DNA of 64,000 bases, taken from Candidatus Nomurabacteria bacterium. Its GTDB lineage: Bacteria > Patescibacteriota > Saccharimonadia > Saccharimonadales > JAGQNJ01. The stretch is taken from positions 801,890 through 865,889 of the forward strand of contig CP060231.1 of assembly GCA_023898625.1 (NCBI GenBank). Direction: 5' to 3'. Within the stretch, counting starts at the first letter, position 1. Each line of letters begins with the position of its first letter. Both the position numbers and the translations under genes were made by a program. This document shows positions 16,622 through 26,044 of the stretch, piece after piece. The notes beneath the pieces are model-generated. The model had not been told where the DNA came from, searched no databases, and saw only the letters and a program-made list of their open reading frames with translations.

Positions 16622-17068
16622 ATGCATCGCCATGGATACGTAGGTCGAAAATTTGGACGTGAACGTGATCAACGCGAAGCTTTAATTAAAAGTCTAGCTG
16701 AGTCGTTAATTGTTCAAGAATCAATTGAAACCACATTACCAAAAGCTAAGGAACTTGTTCCTTATGTTGAAAAATTGATTACTAAAGCAAAAAAGGGGGA
16801 TTTGCACAGTCGACGTCTTGTTGTTAGTAGATTAATGACTAAAGAGACTGCAAATAAATTAGTTGATGCAATTGCGCCTAACCTAACCGATCGCACCAGT
16901 GGTCACTTGAGAATTGAGCGAACACGTTTACGTCGTGGAGATAATGCTCAACTAGCAAAGGTAAGTTTTGTAGACGATCTATCTTTGGATGAAAAGAAAG
17001 AGTCCAAGGATGACGCTAAATCAAAGACTCTCACTTCAAAGTCAAAGAAGAAAGACGAGGTGAAGTAA
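16622..17068 (+). CDS. rplQ: 50S ribosomal protein L17 (with Lys-rich C-terminal tail)
   Basis: 148 aa MHRHGYVGRKFGRERDQREALIKSLA... Confidence 0.95.
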   Translation: MHRHGYVGRKFGRERDQREALIKSLAESLIVQESIETTLPKAKELVPYVEKLITKAKKGDLHSRRLVVSRLMTKETANKLVDAIAPNLTDRTSGHLRIERTRLRRGDNAQLAKVSFVDDLSLDEKKESKDDAKSKTLTSKSKKKDEVK

Positions 17069-17069
17069 T

Positions 17070-17510
17070 ATGAAGACGTATAGCGCAAAGCCAACAGACA
17101 TAAAAAGAGAATGGTTTGTTATTAATGCAAGTCAAGCAACCCTTGGTCGCTTATCAACACAAATAGCTAATATCTTGACCGGAAAGCTAAAACCGCAATA
17201 TACACCTCACATCGATTGCGGTGATTATGTGGTTGTGATCAATAGTGATTCACTAAAGGTAACAGGAAAGAAGTTAACGGACAAAATGTATTATCGACAC
17301 TCTGGATATCCCGGTGGAATAAAGCAGATGACCCTAAATGAAAAGATAGAGAAGGATTCTGCAGATGTAATCATCAAGGCCGTGAGAGGAATGATTCCTG
17401 CCAACAAATTGCGTCCCGGTCGATTAGCAAGACTTAAGGTTTATGCTGGTAACGAACATCAGCATACAGCTCAAAAGCCAAAGCAAGTTAACGTTAAGGA
17501 AGCCAAATAA
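17070..17510 (+). CDS. rplM: 50S ribosomal protein L13
   Basis: 146 aa with REWFVINASQATLGRLSTQIANILTGK. Confidence 0.95.
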   Translation: MKTYSAKPTDIKREWFVINASQATLGRLSTQIANILTGKLKPQYTPHIDCGDYVVVINSDSLKVTGKKLTDKMYYRHSGYPGGIKQMTLNEKIEKDSADVIIKAVRGMIPANKLRPGRLARLKVYAGNEHQHTAQKPKQVNVKEAK

Positions 17511-17908
17511 TGACAAAAAACAGTTATTTCTATGCACTTGGACGACGAAAAAGCTCAACTGCTCGTGTTCGTATCATGAATGGAAAAGGGGTAGTTACTA
17601 TTAATGATAAATCTGCAGAAGACTATTTTTCGGGCAGTAAAACATTATTATCAGAACTTCAAAAACCATTTGCGCTACTTGATCAGATCAATAAGTTTGA
17701 TGTAAGTGCTAAAGTTAGTGGAGGTGGTCATAATGGACAAGCTGAGGCCATAAGACTCGGAATAGCACGTGCATTAGCTACGATGAACGGCGACCTAAAG
17801 GGTACTTTAAAGCGCGCAGATATGCTTGGACGTGACCCTAGGGAAAAAGAACGCAAGAAGTTCGGCCTCAAAGGTGCCCGAAAACAACGCCAGTTCACTA
17901 AGCGATAG
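17510..17908 (+). CDS. rpsI: 30S ribosomal protein S9
   Basis: 132 aa with GRRKSSTARVRI near the N-terminus and ending KKFGLKGARKQRQFTKR. Confidence 0.95.
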   Translation: MTKNSYFYALGRRKSSTARVRIMNGKGVVTINDKSAEDYFSGSKTLLSELQKPFALLDQINKFDVSAKVSGGGHNGQAEAIRLGIARALATMNGDLKGTLKRADMLGRDPREKERKKFGLKGARKQRQFTKR

Positions 17909-18071
17909 TTACCGGACTATATTATTTACCTACATATTGACAATTAGTCACTATCGGTGTATTTTGGTCTAGGATGATGCGCATATTAGATTACATATTT
18001 TTTTGGTTTAATCGCTCAGAAATGGCGGTTGCTAAAGTGCGTATTAAGTAATAAACTCAGCAAAAATTGAT

Positions 18072-18103
18072 ATAACCGCCCTAGCCAAAGGCGGTTATTT
18101 TAA
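18072..18103 (+). terminator. Rho-independent terminator
   Basis: Stem ATAACCGCC (18072-18080) pairs with GGCGGTTAT (18090-18098), followed by TTTTA. Confidence 0.7.
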
Positions 18104-18118
18104 TTGAAAGGAATGTAT

Positions 18119-18316
18119 ATGATAGTAGACAACAGATTAGCTAGAGAAGTACTCAGCGAACATAAGATTGAGATGGATCCAACCGATTCTCGATCAGCAG
18201 AAGAGTATGTACTGCAATTACTGGTTTTGATAGAAGAACTACAAAAGAACGATATTCGGAACGAACAGAATCTAAGAAGTGAATCAGCACAGTCTGACGT
18301 TCCGTATTTTGCATAA
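18119..18316 (+). CDS. Small acidic hypothetical protein
   Basis: The ORF track entry 18104-18316 is trimmed to the ATG at 18119, 6 nt after an AAGGA RBS. No recognisable motifs. Confidence 0.5.
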   Translation: MIVDNRLAREVLSEHKIEMDPTDSRSAEEYVLQLLVLIEELQKNDIRNEQNLRSESAQSDVPYFA

Positions 18317-18336
18317 TATAAAGTATAATTATATCT

Positions 18337-19365
18337 ATGAGTAAATCAGTAGTCTTAACCGGTATTAGGTCAAATGAAGAACCTCAGCTAGGAAATTATT
18401 TTGGAGCAATGCTTCCAATTATTGACATGGCAAAAAAAAATTCTAGTAAATATCAAATAAATTTATTTGTACCGGACCTTCATAGTTTTACTACAGAAAT
18501 CCAATACGATCGACTATATGATCAAACAATCAATACTCTAAAAAAGTTTGTAGCTTCGGGCTTGCCACTAAATGACGACAATGTGCATATTTATAGACAA
18601 AGTTTTGTGCCTGCTCACAGCGAGCTAACGGTAATACTGAACAATTTTACTGGATTTGGTGAAATGTCACGTATGACTCAATTTAAGGATAAATCAAAAG
18701 GTAAAGATTCAATAAGTGTTGGTCTGTTTGACTATCCTGTGTTAATGGCGTCTGATATTTTGTTGTATAACGCTCGGTTCGTTCCAGTAGGGGATGATCA
18801 ATCTCAACATCTTGAGTTTACCAGAGATATTGCAGAGAGAATTAATAGTAAGTTCGGTAATATCTTCACTATTCCTGAGTCCGTAAAAGATCAACACAAA
18901 CTGTTTGGAAACGATCAAGGCTTGAGGATTAAAGATCTACACGACCCGCTCAAAAAAATGAGCAAATCTGATGAAACTGGTAAAGGTGTTATATTCTTAA
19001 GCGATAACCCTGAACTTGCACGAAAAAAGGTAATGAGCGCAACTACAGACAGTATTGGGAAAATTCACTATGACATCATTAACCAACCAGGTATTAGTAA
19101 TTTACTGCAAATTCTTGCCTTATTGCTAGGAGAAGAACTAGATGTAGTGGTAAAGAGATACGTAGGCCAAACCCAATACGGAGCATTAAAACAAGATGTA
19201 GCAGAGCAAGTAGTGATATTCTTATCAGCTTTTCAACAAAAATTATCATTGGTTGACGAAACGGCCTTGATCAGTAAGTTAGAAAAATCCGAAAAGGTTA
19301 TGAATAAGCAGGCAAACACAGTACTATTTAAGCTACAAAAAGCTGTTGGCTTAAGGAGCAAATAA
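18337..19365 (+). CDS. trpS: Tryptophan--tRNA ligase
   Basis: 342 aa with GDDQSQHLEFTRDIAERINSKFG and a KMSKS loop (LKKMSKSD). Confidence 0.9.
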   Translation: MSKSVVLTGIRSNEEPQLGNYFGAMLPIIDMAKKNSSKYQINLFVPDLHSFTTEIQYDRLYDQTINTLKKFVASGLPLNDDNVHIYRQSFVPAHSELTVILNNFTGFGEMSRMTQFKDKSKGKDSISVGLFDYPVLMASDILLYNARFVPVGDDQSQHLEFTRDIAERINSKFGNIFTIPESVKDQHKLFGNDQGLRIKDLHDPLKKMSKSDETGKGVIFLSDNPELARKKVMSATTDSIGKIHYDIINQPGISNLLQILALLLGEELDVVVKRYVGQTQYGALKQDVAEQVVIFLSAFQQKLSLVDETALISKLEKSEKVMNKQANTVLFKLQKAVGLRSK

Positions 19366-19369
19366 CTGT

Positions 19370-19477
19370 ATGCACAAAACTTTAAACTTCAGAGGTATGA
19401 CACCAGAATTAAAACAGATCAGACAGCTATTGTCGCCTATTGAAGTTGATAAAATAGAAGAAATTGAAAAAATATAA
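19370..19477 (+). CDS. Possible 35-aa small protein (MHKTLNFRGMTPELKQIRQLLSPIEVDKIEEIEKI)
   Basis: It fills the trpS-rluD gap, and its TAA stop abuts the next ATG (19475-19480). No homology is recognisable. Confidence 0.25.
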   Translation: MHKTLNFRGMTPELKQIRQLLSPIEVDKIEEIEKI

Positions 19478-20335
19478 ATGAAGAAATGGGAATATAAAGC
19501 TGATTCAAGTGTCCGACTTGACATTGCACTGCAACAACAATTTCCAAATTTATCTAGGAGCTACATAAGAAAACTTTTAGATAATGGCAAGATCTTGGTT
19601 AATAATCAGCGCTATAAGGCTGGATATATGCTCAAGAATAGCGACTTAGTCTTGATTGATTTTGAAGAATCTGATGGGCGGATTGATGATATAAATATAC
19701 CAATTATCTATGAAGATCATGACTGTCTGGTAATAAATAAACCAGTGGGGGTGTTAAGTCACAGTAAAGGCTCGTATAATCCAGAAGCTACAGTGGCAAC
19801 ATATATTGCAAATAAAATTGACGGACTCGAAGGAGAAAGGGCGGGTATAGTCCACCGCCTAGACAGAGCTACATCTGGTGTGATGATTTGTGCAAAAAAT
19901 CAAGAATCACAAAAGTGGCTTCAAAAACAATTTGCCCAAAGAAAAGTCAAAAAAACATATGTAGCAGTAATAAAGACTGGTTTAAAACCCGAGAAAGCAA
20001 GAATCGACATGCCAATAGAGCGCGATCCACGAAGCCCTAAACAATTCAGAGTAGGCGTAAATGGTAAAGAAGCTCAAACAAATTACGAGGTGACTGAATC
20101 GAATAACCTACATTCAACAATAATTCTTAAACCTGAAACTGGCAGAACTCATCAGTTAAGGGTACACTTAAAACAACTTGGCTATCCGATTGTTGGCGAC
20201 ATACTATATGGTGGAGAGGATTATTCCAGATTAATGCTACACGCCAAGGAACTAGAGTTAACTTTGCCAAATAAGCACAGACAAGTTTTTAAAGCACCAC
20301 TACCCAGTGAGTTTAAAGATATAATGGATCTATGA
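19478..20335 (+). CDS. rluD: RluA-family 23S rRNA pseudouridine synthase (RluD-like, with S4 domain)
   Basis: 285 aa with the catalytic HRLDRATSGV motif and GRTHQLRVHL. Confidence 0.85.
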   Translation: MKKWEYKADSSVRLDIALQQQFPNLSRSYIRKLLDNGKILVNNQRYKAGYMLKNSDLVLIDFEESDGRIDDINIPIIYEDHDCLVINKPVGVLSHSKGSYNPEATVATYIANKIDGLEGERAGIVHRLDRATSGVMICAKNQESQKWLQKQFAQRKVKKTYVAVIKTGLKPEKARIDMPIERDPRSPKQFRVGVNGKEAQTNYEVTESNNLHSTIILKPETGRTHQLRVHLKQLGYPIVGDILYGGEDYSRLMLHAKELELTLPNKHRQVFKAPLPSEFKDIMDL

Positions 20336-21189
20336 AAATTCTACTAAGTGCAAATACGCAATCTTCAATAAGAAGTATATGCAGTAAACCCCCTCATGGA
20401 CTTGGGATATTCGCACCGATAGGATTCGGTAAAATGCATGTCGCTAAATATATTGCGTACAAGGTTCTGGGCAATTCACCTGACTTTGAAAGTCAACATA
20501 TGAAAATAATATCTCCAGAAGAGAATAAGAACATGGTAACTATTGATCAGGTTCGTGAAATACATGCTTTTTTTAAGCTAAGGATTAAGTCTGATAAACA
20601 GGTTGCTAGGGTTTTGATAATTGAGGATGCACATAAGATGCATACAGACGCTCAAAACGCGTTGTTAAAGATAGTAGAAGAACCGCCTAGTCATTCTATG
20701 ATAATACTGACAGCCACTTCTACAAGTGGTTTGTTGCCTACTATCCTTTCGCGCATTGAAAGACTGCAACTATCGGAAGTCTCGACCTCAAAGATTCATT
20801 CATATTTTTCTAGCGACTATAATGAAGATGAGATTTCTAGAGCTCAGATAATTGCCAGGGGACGGATTGGGCTGATTGCGTCCATATTGCAAAAAGCCGA
20901 CCATCCTTTGCTTGAATCAATCGAATCTGTCAAGAACTTCTTAAAGGGAGACAAATACACCCAGCTAGCATCTTTAAATGAACACTTAAATTCAATAGAA
21001 ACCTTCTTGGAAGCACTTAAGATTATTAGTTATTCTGCATTTATGCAAAGTGTAAACAAAACTACCTTGCCTAACGAACAAGCTAAAAGATGGTTGAAAA
21101 TATACAAGCAATCATACTTTGGGTTACAAGACATACAACATAATGCTAACCCTAAAATACTTTTAACAAACTTAACCTTAGCAATCTAG
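20332..21189 (+). CDS. holB: DNA polymerase III delta' subunit
   Basis: 285 aa with DAQNALLKIVEEPPSHSMIILTATSTSGLLPTILSRIERLQL. It has an ATGA overlap with rluD. Confidence 0.8.
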   Translation: MKILLSANTQSSIRSICSKPPHGLGIFAPIGFGKMHVAKYIAYKVLGNSPDFESQHMKIISPEENKNMVTIDQVREIHAFFKLRIKSDKQVARVLIIEDAHKMHTDAQNALLKIVEEPPSHSMIILTATSTSGLLPTILSRIERLQLSEVSTSKIHSYFSSDYNEDEISRAQIIARGRIGLIASILQKADHPLLESIESVKNFLKGDKYTQLASLNEHLNSIETFLEALKIISYSAFMQSVNKTTLPNEQAKRWLKIYKQSYFGLQDIQHNANPKILLTNLTLAI

Positions 21190-21208
21190 TGTAGTATAAT
21201 ACAAATAG

Positions 21209-21865
21209 ATGTTTGCTTTAATATTGCTTGGATTTTTTGGGTTTCTGACTTACCGCAGTGCTAGCCATTATGAAGATGACATAGTTCAACTACCAACAAA
21301 GCTTTCTAATCGACTGGGTCAACTTTGGAATGTTGCTCATCAAGGGATGCGTGAAAACAGGTTCTTGCGTGCCGAGAAAGCTTTATTATTGATACTAAGG
21401 ATCGATGAAAAAAATGCTGCGGCATATAATCGGCTTGGAATATTGTATGCAAAACAAAAAGAGTATAAAGATGCGATTGATTGCTTTGAGATTGCTTCAA
21501 GTATCGAGACATCGCCATCAAGTTTACATAACCTTGGTCTTATATATTACGAAACGGAACATTACGACAAAGCTGGCGCGGCCTTCGAGCAGGCACTAAA
21601 ATTAGAAGATGGACTTGCTACTAGACATATTGCGTACGCTAAAGTTCAAGAAAAGCTCGGTAATGATAAGTTGATGTTTCAAGAACTAGAGAAGGCCGTA
21701 GAGTTAGAACCAAACAAAGAATCATTAACTTTACTGCATCGTGCCTATGAGAGTCGTAATCGCGAAGAAGACGCAGATAAAATTCAAAAAAGGCTAGATA
21801 AACTAGTTGTCCCAAGTGGTAAACCGAAAAAGGTCATCAGACATAAGCGCAGAGTTGTAATTTAA
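21209..21865 (+). CDS. Membrane-anchored TPR-repeat protein
   Basis: 218 aa with an N-terminal hydrophobic helix and TPR-like AYNRLGILYAKQKEYKDAIDCFE / LHNLGLIYYETEHYDKAGAAFEQAL. Confidence 0.7.
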   Translation: MFALILLGFFGFLTYRSASHYEDDIVQLPTKLSNRLGQLWNVAHQGMRENRFLRAEKALLLILRIDEKNAAAYNRLGILYAKQKEYKDAIDCFEIASSIETSPSSLHNLGLIYYETEHYDKAGAAFEQALKLEDGLATRHIAYAKVQEKLGNDKLMFQELEKAVELEPNKESLTLLHRAYESRNREEDADKIQKRLDKLVVPSGKPKKVIRHKRRVVI

Positions 21866-21928
21866 CCTCTGTTCTGATAAAATTCTTCGAGTACATTAAT
21901 AATCTGTCAACAAGTGATGATGTATTTT

Positions 21929-22005
21929 GCCGGCATAGCTCAGTTGGTTAGAGCGACGGTTTTGTAAACCGTAGGTCGTGGGTTCGAATCCCTCTGCCGG
22001 CTCCA
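21929..22005 (+). tRNA. tRNA-Thr (anticodon TGT), CCA encoded
   Basis: Cloverleaf read by eye: acceptor GCCGGCA/TGCCGGC and anticodon arm ACGGT-TTTGTAA-ACCGT. There is one T-T mismatch in the T stem. Confidence 0.9.
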
Positions 22006-22086
22006 TTTAGGTATAATGCGAGAATACCTAAATATCCTGAGGAGAGTCAGGTCGGTGTTCTTTGACTAACACCTGTTAGTCAAATT

Positions 22087-22172
22087 GCAGGGATAGTGAA
22101 GCGGTCAAACACGGCAGACTGTAAATCTGCTGGCATATGCCTTCGGGGGTTCGAATCCCTCTCCCTGCACCA
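22087..22172 (+). tRNA. tRNA-Tyr (anticodon GTA), long variable arm, CCA encoded
   Basis: Acceptor GCAGGGA/TCCCTGC, anticodon arm GCAGA-CTGTAAA-TCTGC, T loop GGGGGTTCGAATCCCTC. Confidence 0.9.
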
Positions 22173-22204
22173 CTACTAATTATGATGCTTGCGAGTTACT
22201 ATTT

Positions 22205-22519
22205 ATGAGTCAAAAAAGCAGGAAATGGGATTTTGAATACCCAGAGGACGGATTAGAGTTCTGGCAAGAATCCACTAAAACTGACAGAAGAGTAATGTTG
22301 ACGAGTTTAGGTATAATCATCACCAACGCAACGATGATCGGTGCAGGTGCAGTACTCAGCGTAGAGGGAGATATTGTTAACGGAGCAATATGTGTTTCCG
22401 TAGGGGTCGGTGCTGTAGCATTGTCTACCAAAATCTTCTTAAATGAGCTCGATGAATATTCAAAGTCAACAAGTAAAGTGTCTATGTATCAATCGAAAAT
22501 CGAAGCACAACAAAGATGA
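22205..22519 (+). CDS. Hypothetical membrane protein
   Basis: 104-aa ORF with two hydrophobic segments (LTSLGIIITNATMIGAGAVL and GAICVSVGVGAVALSTKIF). Confidence 0.5.
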   Translation: MSQKSRKWDFEYPEDGLEFWQESTKTDRRVMLTSLGIIITNATMIGAGAVLSVEGDIVNGAICVSVGVGAVALSTKIFLNELDEYSKSTSKVSMYQSKIEAQQR

Positions 22520-22610
22520 ACTCACAAATCGTGTAGTGTAATTTGATTGTTGTAAATATTTAAATAGGATTGCTAGAAGCTTACTGTTGAATATATAATT
22601 CTTATGTTAC

Positions 22611-23015
22611 ATGAGAACAAATATTGAGGGAGACTGGTTTAGAGTGTACGTTGGTACTGAAGCTGAATTCATTACCTATAATCATAGTAAAGATCATGCA
22701 ATAGATTCGGTTAAGGAATATTGCGATGAAAATAGGTTTTTAGGATTAGATCCGACGATGATGTTGCCCCACGGAACAATCAGTAAACCATTACAACCGC
22801 ATGAAAGCCAAATGTATTCGATAATATCAAACGAGAATAATCTCTTTACTCCACGTCTTGTTAATTATCGCGAAAACTCACAAAGTTCAAAGGAGGAAAT
22901 CGGAAGTCAAACCGAATATGTTTCAGCAAACCAACTAGCCTTATTTGGGCTAAAAACCGTAACATCGCTAGGTTTAGCTACGAAAGAAAGTGACTATTCG
23001 TATTTTATCCCCTAG
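22611..23015 (+). CDS. Hypothetical protein
   Basis: 134-aa ORF with no recognisable motifs. Confidence 0.45.
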   Translation: MRTNIEGDWFRVYVGTEAEFITYNHSKDHAIDSVKEYCDENRFLGLDPTMMLPHGTISKPLQPHESQMYSIISNENNLFTPRLVNYRENSQSSKEEIGSQTEYVSANQLALFGLKTVTSLGLATKESDYSYFIP

Positions 23016-23039
23016 TTTGATAAAATTATCCAGGCGTAT

Positions 23040-23114
<75 letters not shown>

Positions 23115-23270
23115 CAACCAAACTTTTTCAGGATGTAATGGTTGCACTGTCATATTTTGCAGTTTCCGGATAATGATTATATCTTAGCAATAGCGAAGCA
23201 TCGACATAATTATGTTAAATGATCGGCACTGTACATAATAGTTTATTTGCTCTTATGTTAAAGTAGTAAA

Positions 23271-24530
23271 ATGAGACAAACTATCTTTCGATTCCGTAGA
23301 CCAATGTTAGTCATTGGAGTGATTGCTACAATTGGAACATTGATACTAGTTATCTCGAGGGCTTCTAGCTCATACATTTCATTAGAAACAGAAGACGGAA
23401 GTACTGTAGGAGCAAATATTAGTTTAGACTCAACGGCATCAGGTGGGAAATATGTACTTTTTGGTGATAGCGCCACTTCAGAGAATTGTTCAAAAGGAGG
23501 TAAATACCTATGGGACAATCTTGAGAAGTGTGGTTGGCCGGGTCCCAACAATACTGGAGTTAATATGTCTGAGTGTCCTAATGGCTTGACGCCTCTAGGT
23601 TCATCTATAGCATCCATAACAACCATAAAAACAGAAAATACAACGATTGAATGTAAAGAAGTAAAAGGCAGTTTGAATATAACTGCACAAAATGTAACTA
23701 TAAAAAATAGTAAAGTATCATATGACGCTGGAGGTCCAACTAAAGGGGGGTCTGGTGTTATTAAGATATTAGATGACGCTAGTGCCACTATCGAACAAGT
23801 AGAATTGGACGGCATGAACAAAACTCATGCATGTATATTTAATCTAGGCGTAAAAGGCAAAACACTGAAGTACAGTATGATTGTAAAAAAAGTTAATTGC
23901 CATAATGCCAGCGACGGTATATTTAGCTGGTACTCTGCACCCGGTAGCGATTATCCGAGTAAATACCCAAACACAGCCAGTGATTCTATTATAGAAGATA
24001 GCTATTTGCATGACTTTACCGAGGGAGCAGCAAATGGACACATAGACGGATACCAGACCCAAGGCACCTCAAACGGTATTATCAGGAGGAATACTTTTAA
24101 TGTATTCATCCGGCCGGGTGATACTCATGTCGAAGGTGGGGGCCTTAATAGTGTCATGGCTATTTGGAATGTATCGAATAATGTTAACAACTATGAAATT
24201 TCAAACAACTTGATAAGCGGTGGTGGCTTTACAATATATGCATATGACCGTCATCCAGAGGTTAAGCCTCCCGAAAAGGGCGGTAATGGTGTTGGTGGTT
24301 ACTACGTAAAGGGTGTCAAAGTATTAAATAATTCCTTCAGTAACTACTTTAATAAATGTGTAGGTAAGTATGGTGTGTGGTTTGAGCGTTCTCAATGGCC
24401 ACCGTTGTTTGGCGGGCCAACTGGTGGTTGGAGTAGTAGCAATACAACAGACTCAAATTATAGATCTGGTAATAAAGTACTAGAAACGGGCCTTAACTTA
24501 GACACGGGCAACCCAGCTGGTTGTAAATAA
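23271..24530 (+). CDS. Secreted or anchored protein, probable right-handed parallel beta-helix (polysaccharide lyase/hydrolase-like)
   Basis: 419 aa with an N-terminal signal anchor. An N-terminal segment (ETEDGSTVGANISLDSTASGGKYVLFG) resembles a carbohydrate-binding module. Asn/Gly-rich repeats (ITAQNVTIKNSKVS and WNVSNNVNNYEISNNLISGGG) follow. The fold assignment is an inference. Confidence 0.5.
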   Translation: MRQTIFRFRRPMLVIGVIATIGTLILVISRASSSYISLETEDGSTVGANISLDSTASGGKYVLFGDSATSENCSKGGKYLWDNLEKCGWPGPNNTGVNMSECPNGLTPLGSSIASITTIKTENTTIECKEVKGSLNITAQNVTIKNSKVSYDAGGPTKGGSGVIKILDDASATIEQVELDGMNKTHACIFNLGVKGKTLKYSMIVKKVNCHNASDGIFSWYSAPGSDYPSKYPNTASDSIIEDSYLHDFTEGAANGHIDGYQTQGTSNGIIRRNTFNVFIRPGDTHVEGGGLNSVMAIWNVSNNVNNYEISNNLISGGGFTIYAYDRHPEVKPPEKGGNGVGGYYVKGVKVLNNSFSNYFNKCVGKYGVWFERSQWPPLFGGPTGGWSSSNTTDSNYRSGNKVLETGLNLDTGNPAGCK

Positions 24531-24635
24531 GCATAACTATTAGAATAATAGCATGTAGGTAGCAGAAGTTTGTAGTGAAATTACCCAAGATGCATATTCT
24601 TGAAAAGAGAGTAATCTTCTGGTAAAATATTCAAA

Positions 24636-24863
24636 ATGAAGAAATATTTATACAAATCCGAGGATGACAAAAAACTCGATGGTGTTTGTTCAGGGATAGC
24701 TGAATATTTCGATTTAGATCCAACTTTGATACGTGCCGGGTACGCATTACTAACGATAGTAACTGGCGTGTTTCCTGGGATATTTGGATATATAGTATTA
24801 TCAATAATAATGCCTAAAAAGAGCGAGGTACAATCAAATGGCAAAAAAATCAGCAAAACGTAA
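24636..24863 (+). CDS. PspC-domain membrane protein
   Basis: 75 aa with [40 protein letters not shown]-17-TAAAAT promoter-like pair at 24600-24628 ends only 7 nt before the ATG. Confidence 0.75.
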   Translation: MKKYLYKSEDDKKLDGVCSGIAEYFDLDPTLIRAGYALLTIVTGVFPGIFGYIVLSIIMPKKSEVQSNGKKISKT

Positions 24864-25044
24864 AGTAATTGGCTTAGTGTCAGAAGAATCAGGCAATAGA
24901 AACTATTACACAAAGAAGAATCATCAGAATACGCCTGATAAATTAGAATTACGTAAATACGATCCAAAGCTTAGAAAACATGTTTTATTTGTGGAAACAA
25001 AAAAGAATTTAGGAAGAAACGAAGTCAAAGCCAAAAAACGGTAA
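24838..25044 (+). CDS. rpmG: 50S ribosomal protein L33 (Cys-free form, extended C-terminus)
   Basis: 68 aa [55 protein letters not shown] matches the L33 pattern with all Zn-binding Cys replaced. Confidence 0.8.
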   Translation: MAKKSAKRKVIGLVSEESGNRNYYTKKNHQNTPDKLELRKYDPKLRKHVLFVETKKNLGRNEVKAKKR

Positions 25045-25240
25045 CCATAAATCTAAAGATCCAGTTATATTTATTACAACACAAATTCTACTCTGTAAGG
25101 CTTGACAATATATACACAACAAGTATGATAGAATTTGTGTCTTTTTTATGTGAGGAAAAAGTACACCAATTACCCCAAATGACAAAGAAAAAATATTAGT
25201 GATCATACGAGGGTACTTCAAAAGGTATAAGGAGGAATAA

Positions 25241-25912
25241 ATGCGGAAATCCGTAATAATTGCGGGCTTATTTGTGGCGAGCTATATTTGGTTTGTCAAT
25301 AAACCTGCTGTTAAGGCTCAGGAAGCGAATAATCCTGTAGCACAAGAGCAAACTACACAACCAGAACCAGTTGTTGTGGAAGTACAAAAGGGCGATAATT
25401 TATCAAAAATTGCCAAGAAATACGAAACCACGTATTCGCGTCTTTATGATGCTAACATTCAAATTAATGACCCAGATGTTATACATCCGGGAGATAAGAT
25501 TAGAATACCAACTGCAAACGAACAATTAGTAAGTCGTAAACAACCTACTAACTCAAATGTTGTAACGACCACAAACAGAGTAAATACATCAGTCCGTAAG
25601 ACTACGCCAAAAAATACGAAAGCCAGGAAACGTCAAGTAACAAAGCAAACGACTCAAGCTTCTCCAGTGACTACTGGAAGTGTTTGGGATAATTTAGCTC
25701 GTTGCGAGTCTGGCGGAAACTGGTCAATTAATACCGGAAATGGATATTATGGTGGCCTTCAGTTTACGGCTTCAACATGGAGAGCCGTTGGCGGAACAGG
25801 CTTGCCACATCAAAACTCACGAGAAGAACAGATACATCGTGCACAAATTCTACAAGCTCGTAGTGGCTGGGGGCAGTGGCCAGCATGCACAAAAAAACTT
25901 GGCTTAAGATAA
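25241..25912 (+). CDS. Secreted LysM-domain plus resuscitation-promoting-factor (Rpf-type transglycosylase) protein
   Basis: LysM: VEVQKGDNLSKIAKKYETTYSRLYDANIQINDPDVIHPGDKIRIP. Rpf core: VWDNLARCESGGNWSINTGNGYYGGLQFTASTWRAVGG. Confidence 0.85.
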   Translation: MRKSVIIAGLFVASYIWFVNKPAVKAQEANNPVAQEQTTQPEPVVVEVQKGDNLSKIAKKYETTYSRLYDANIQINDPDVIHPGDKIRIPTANEQLVSRKQPTNSNVVTTTNRVNTSVRKTTPKNTKARKRQVTKQTTQASPVTTGSVWDNLARCESGGNWSINTGNGYYGGLQFTASTWRAVGGTGLPHQNSREEQIHRAQILQARSGWGQWPACTKKLGLR

Positions 25913-25930
25913 TCGCCGTATATTACATTT

Positions 25931-25964
25931 AGCCTTGGTAGCTCACACTATCAAGGCTATTTTA
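25931..25964 (+). terminator. Rho-independent terminator after the rpf-like gene
   Basis: AGCCTTG...CAAGGCT hairpin followed by ATTTTAAG. Confidence 0.55.
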
Positions 25965-26044
25965 AGATTATCTAGACTACAAAATATATGAGAAATTCAC
26001 ATGCTAATGTATAATTGTACTTAATAATAATAAAGGAGGCGTAC

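Noticed and set aside
23258-23821. 187-aa minus-strand ORF.
   Set aside because: It is fully antisense to the 419-aa plus-strand gene. That gene has a signal anchor, coherent Asn/Gly-rich beta-helix-like repeats and a sensible upstream region.
25045-25240. Possible c-di-AMP (ydaO-type) riboswitch in the 5' UTR of the rpf-like gene, as occurs upstream of rpf genes in Actinobacteria.
   Set aside because: The UTR is only about 110 nt after the best promoter candidate. I could not find the conserved paired pseudo-symmetric elements. Only a covariance-model scan could revive this idea.
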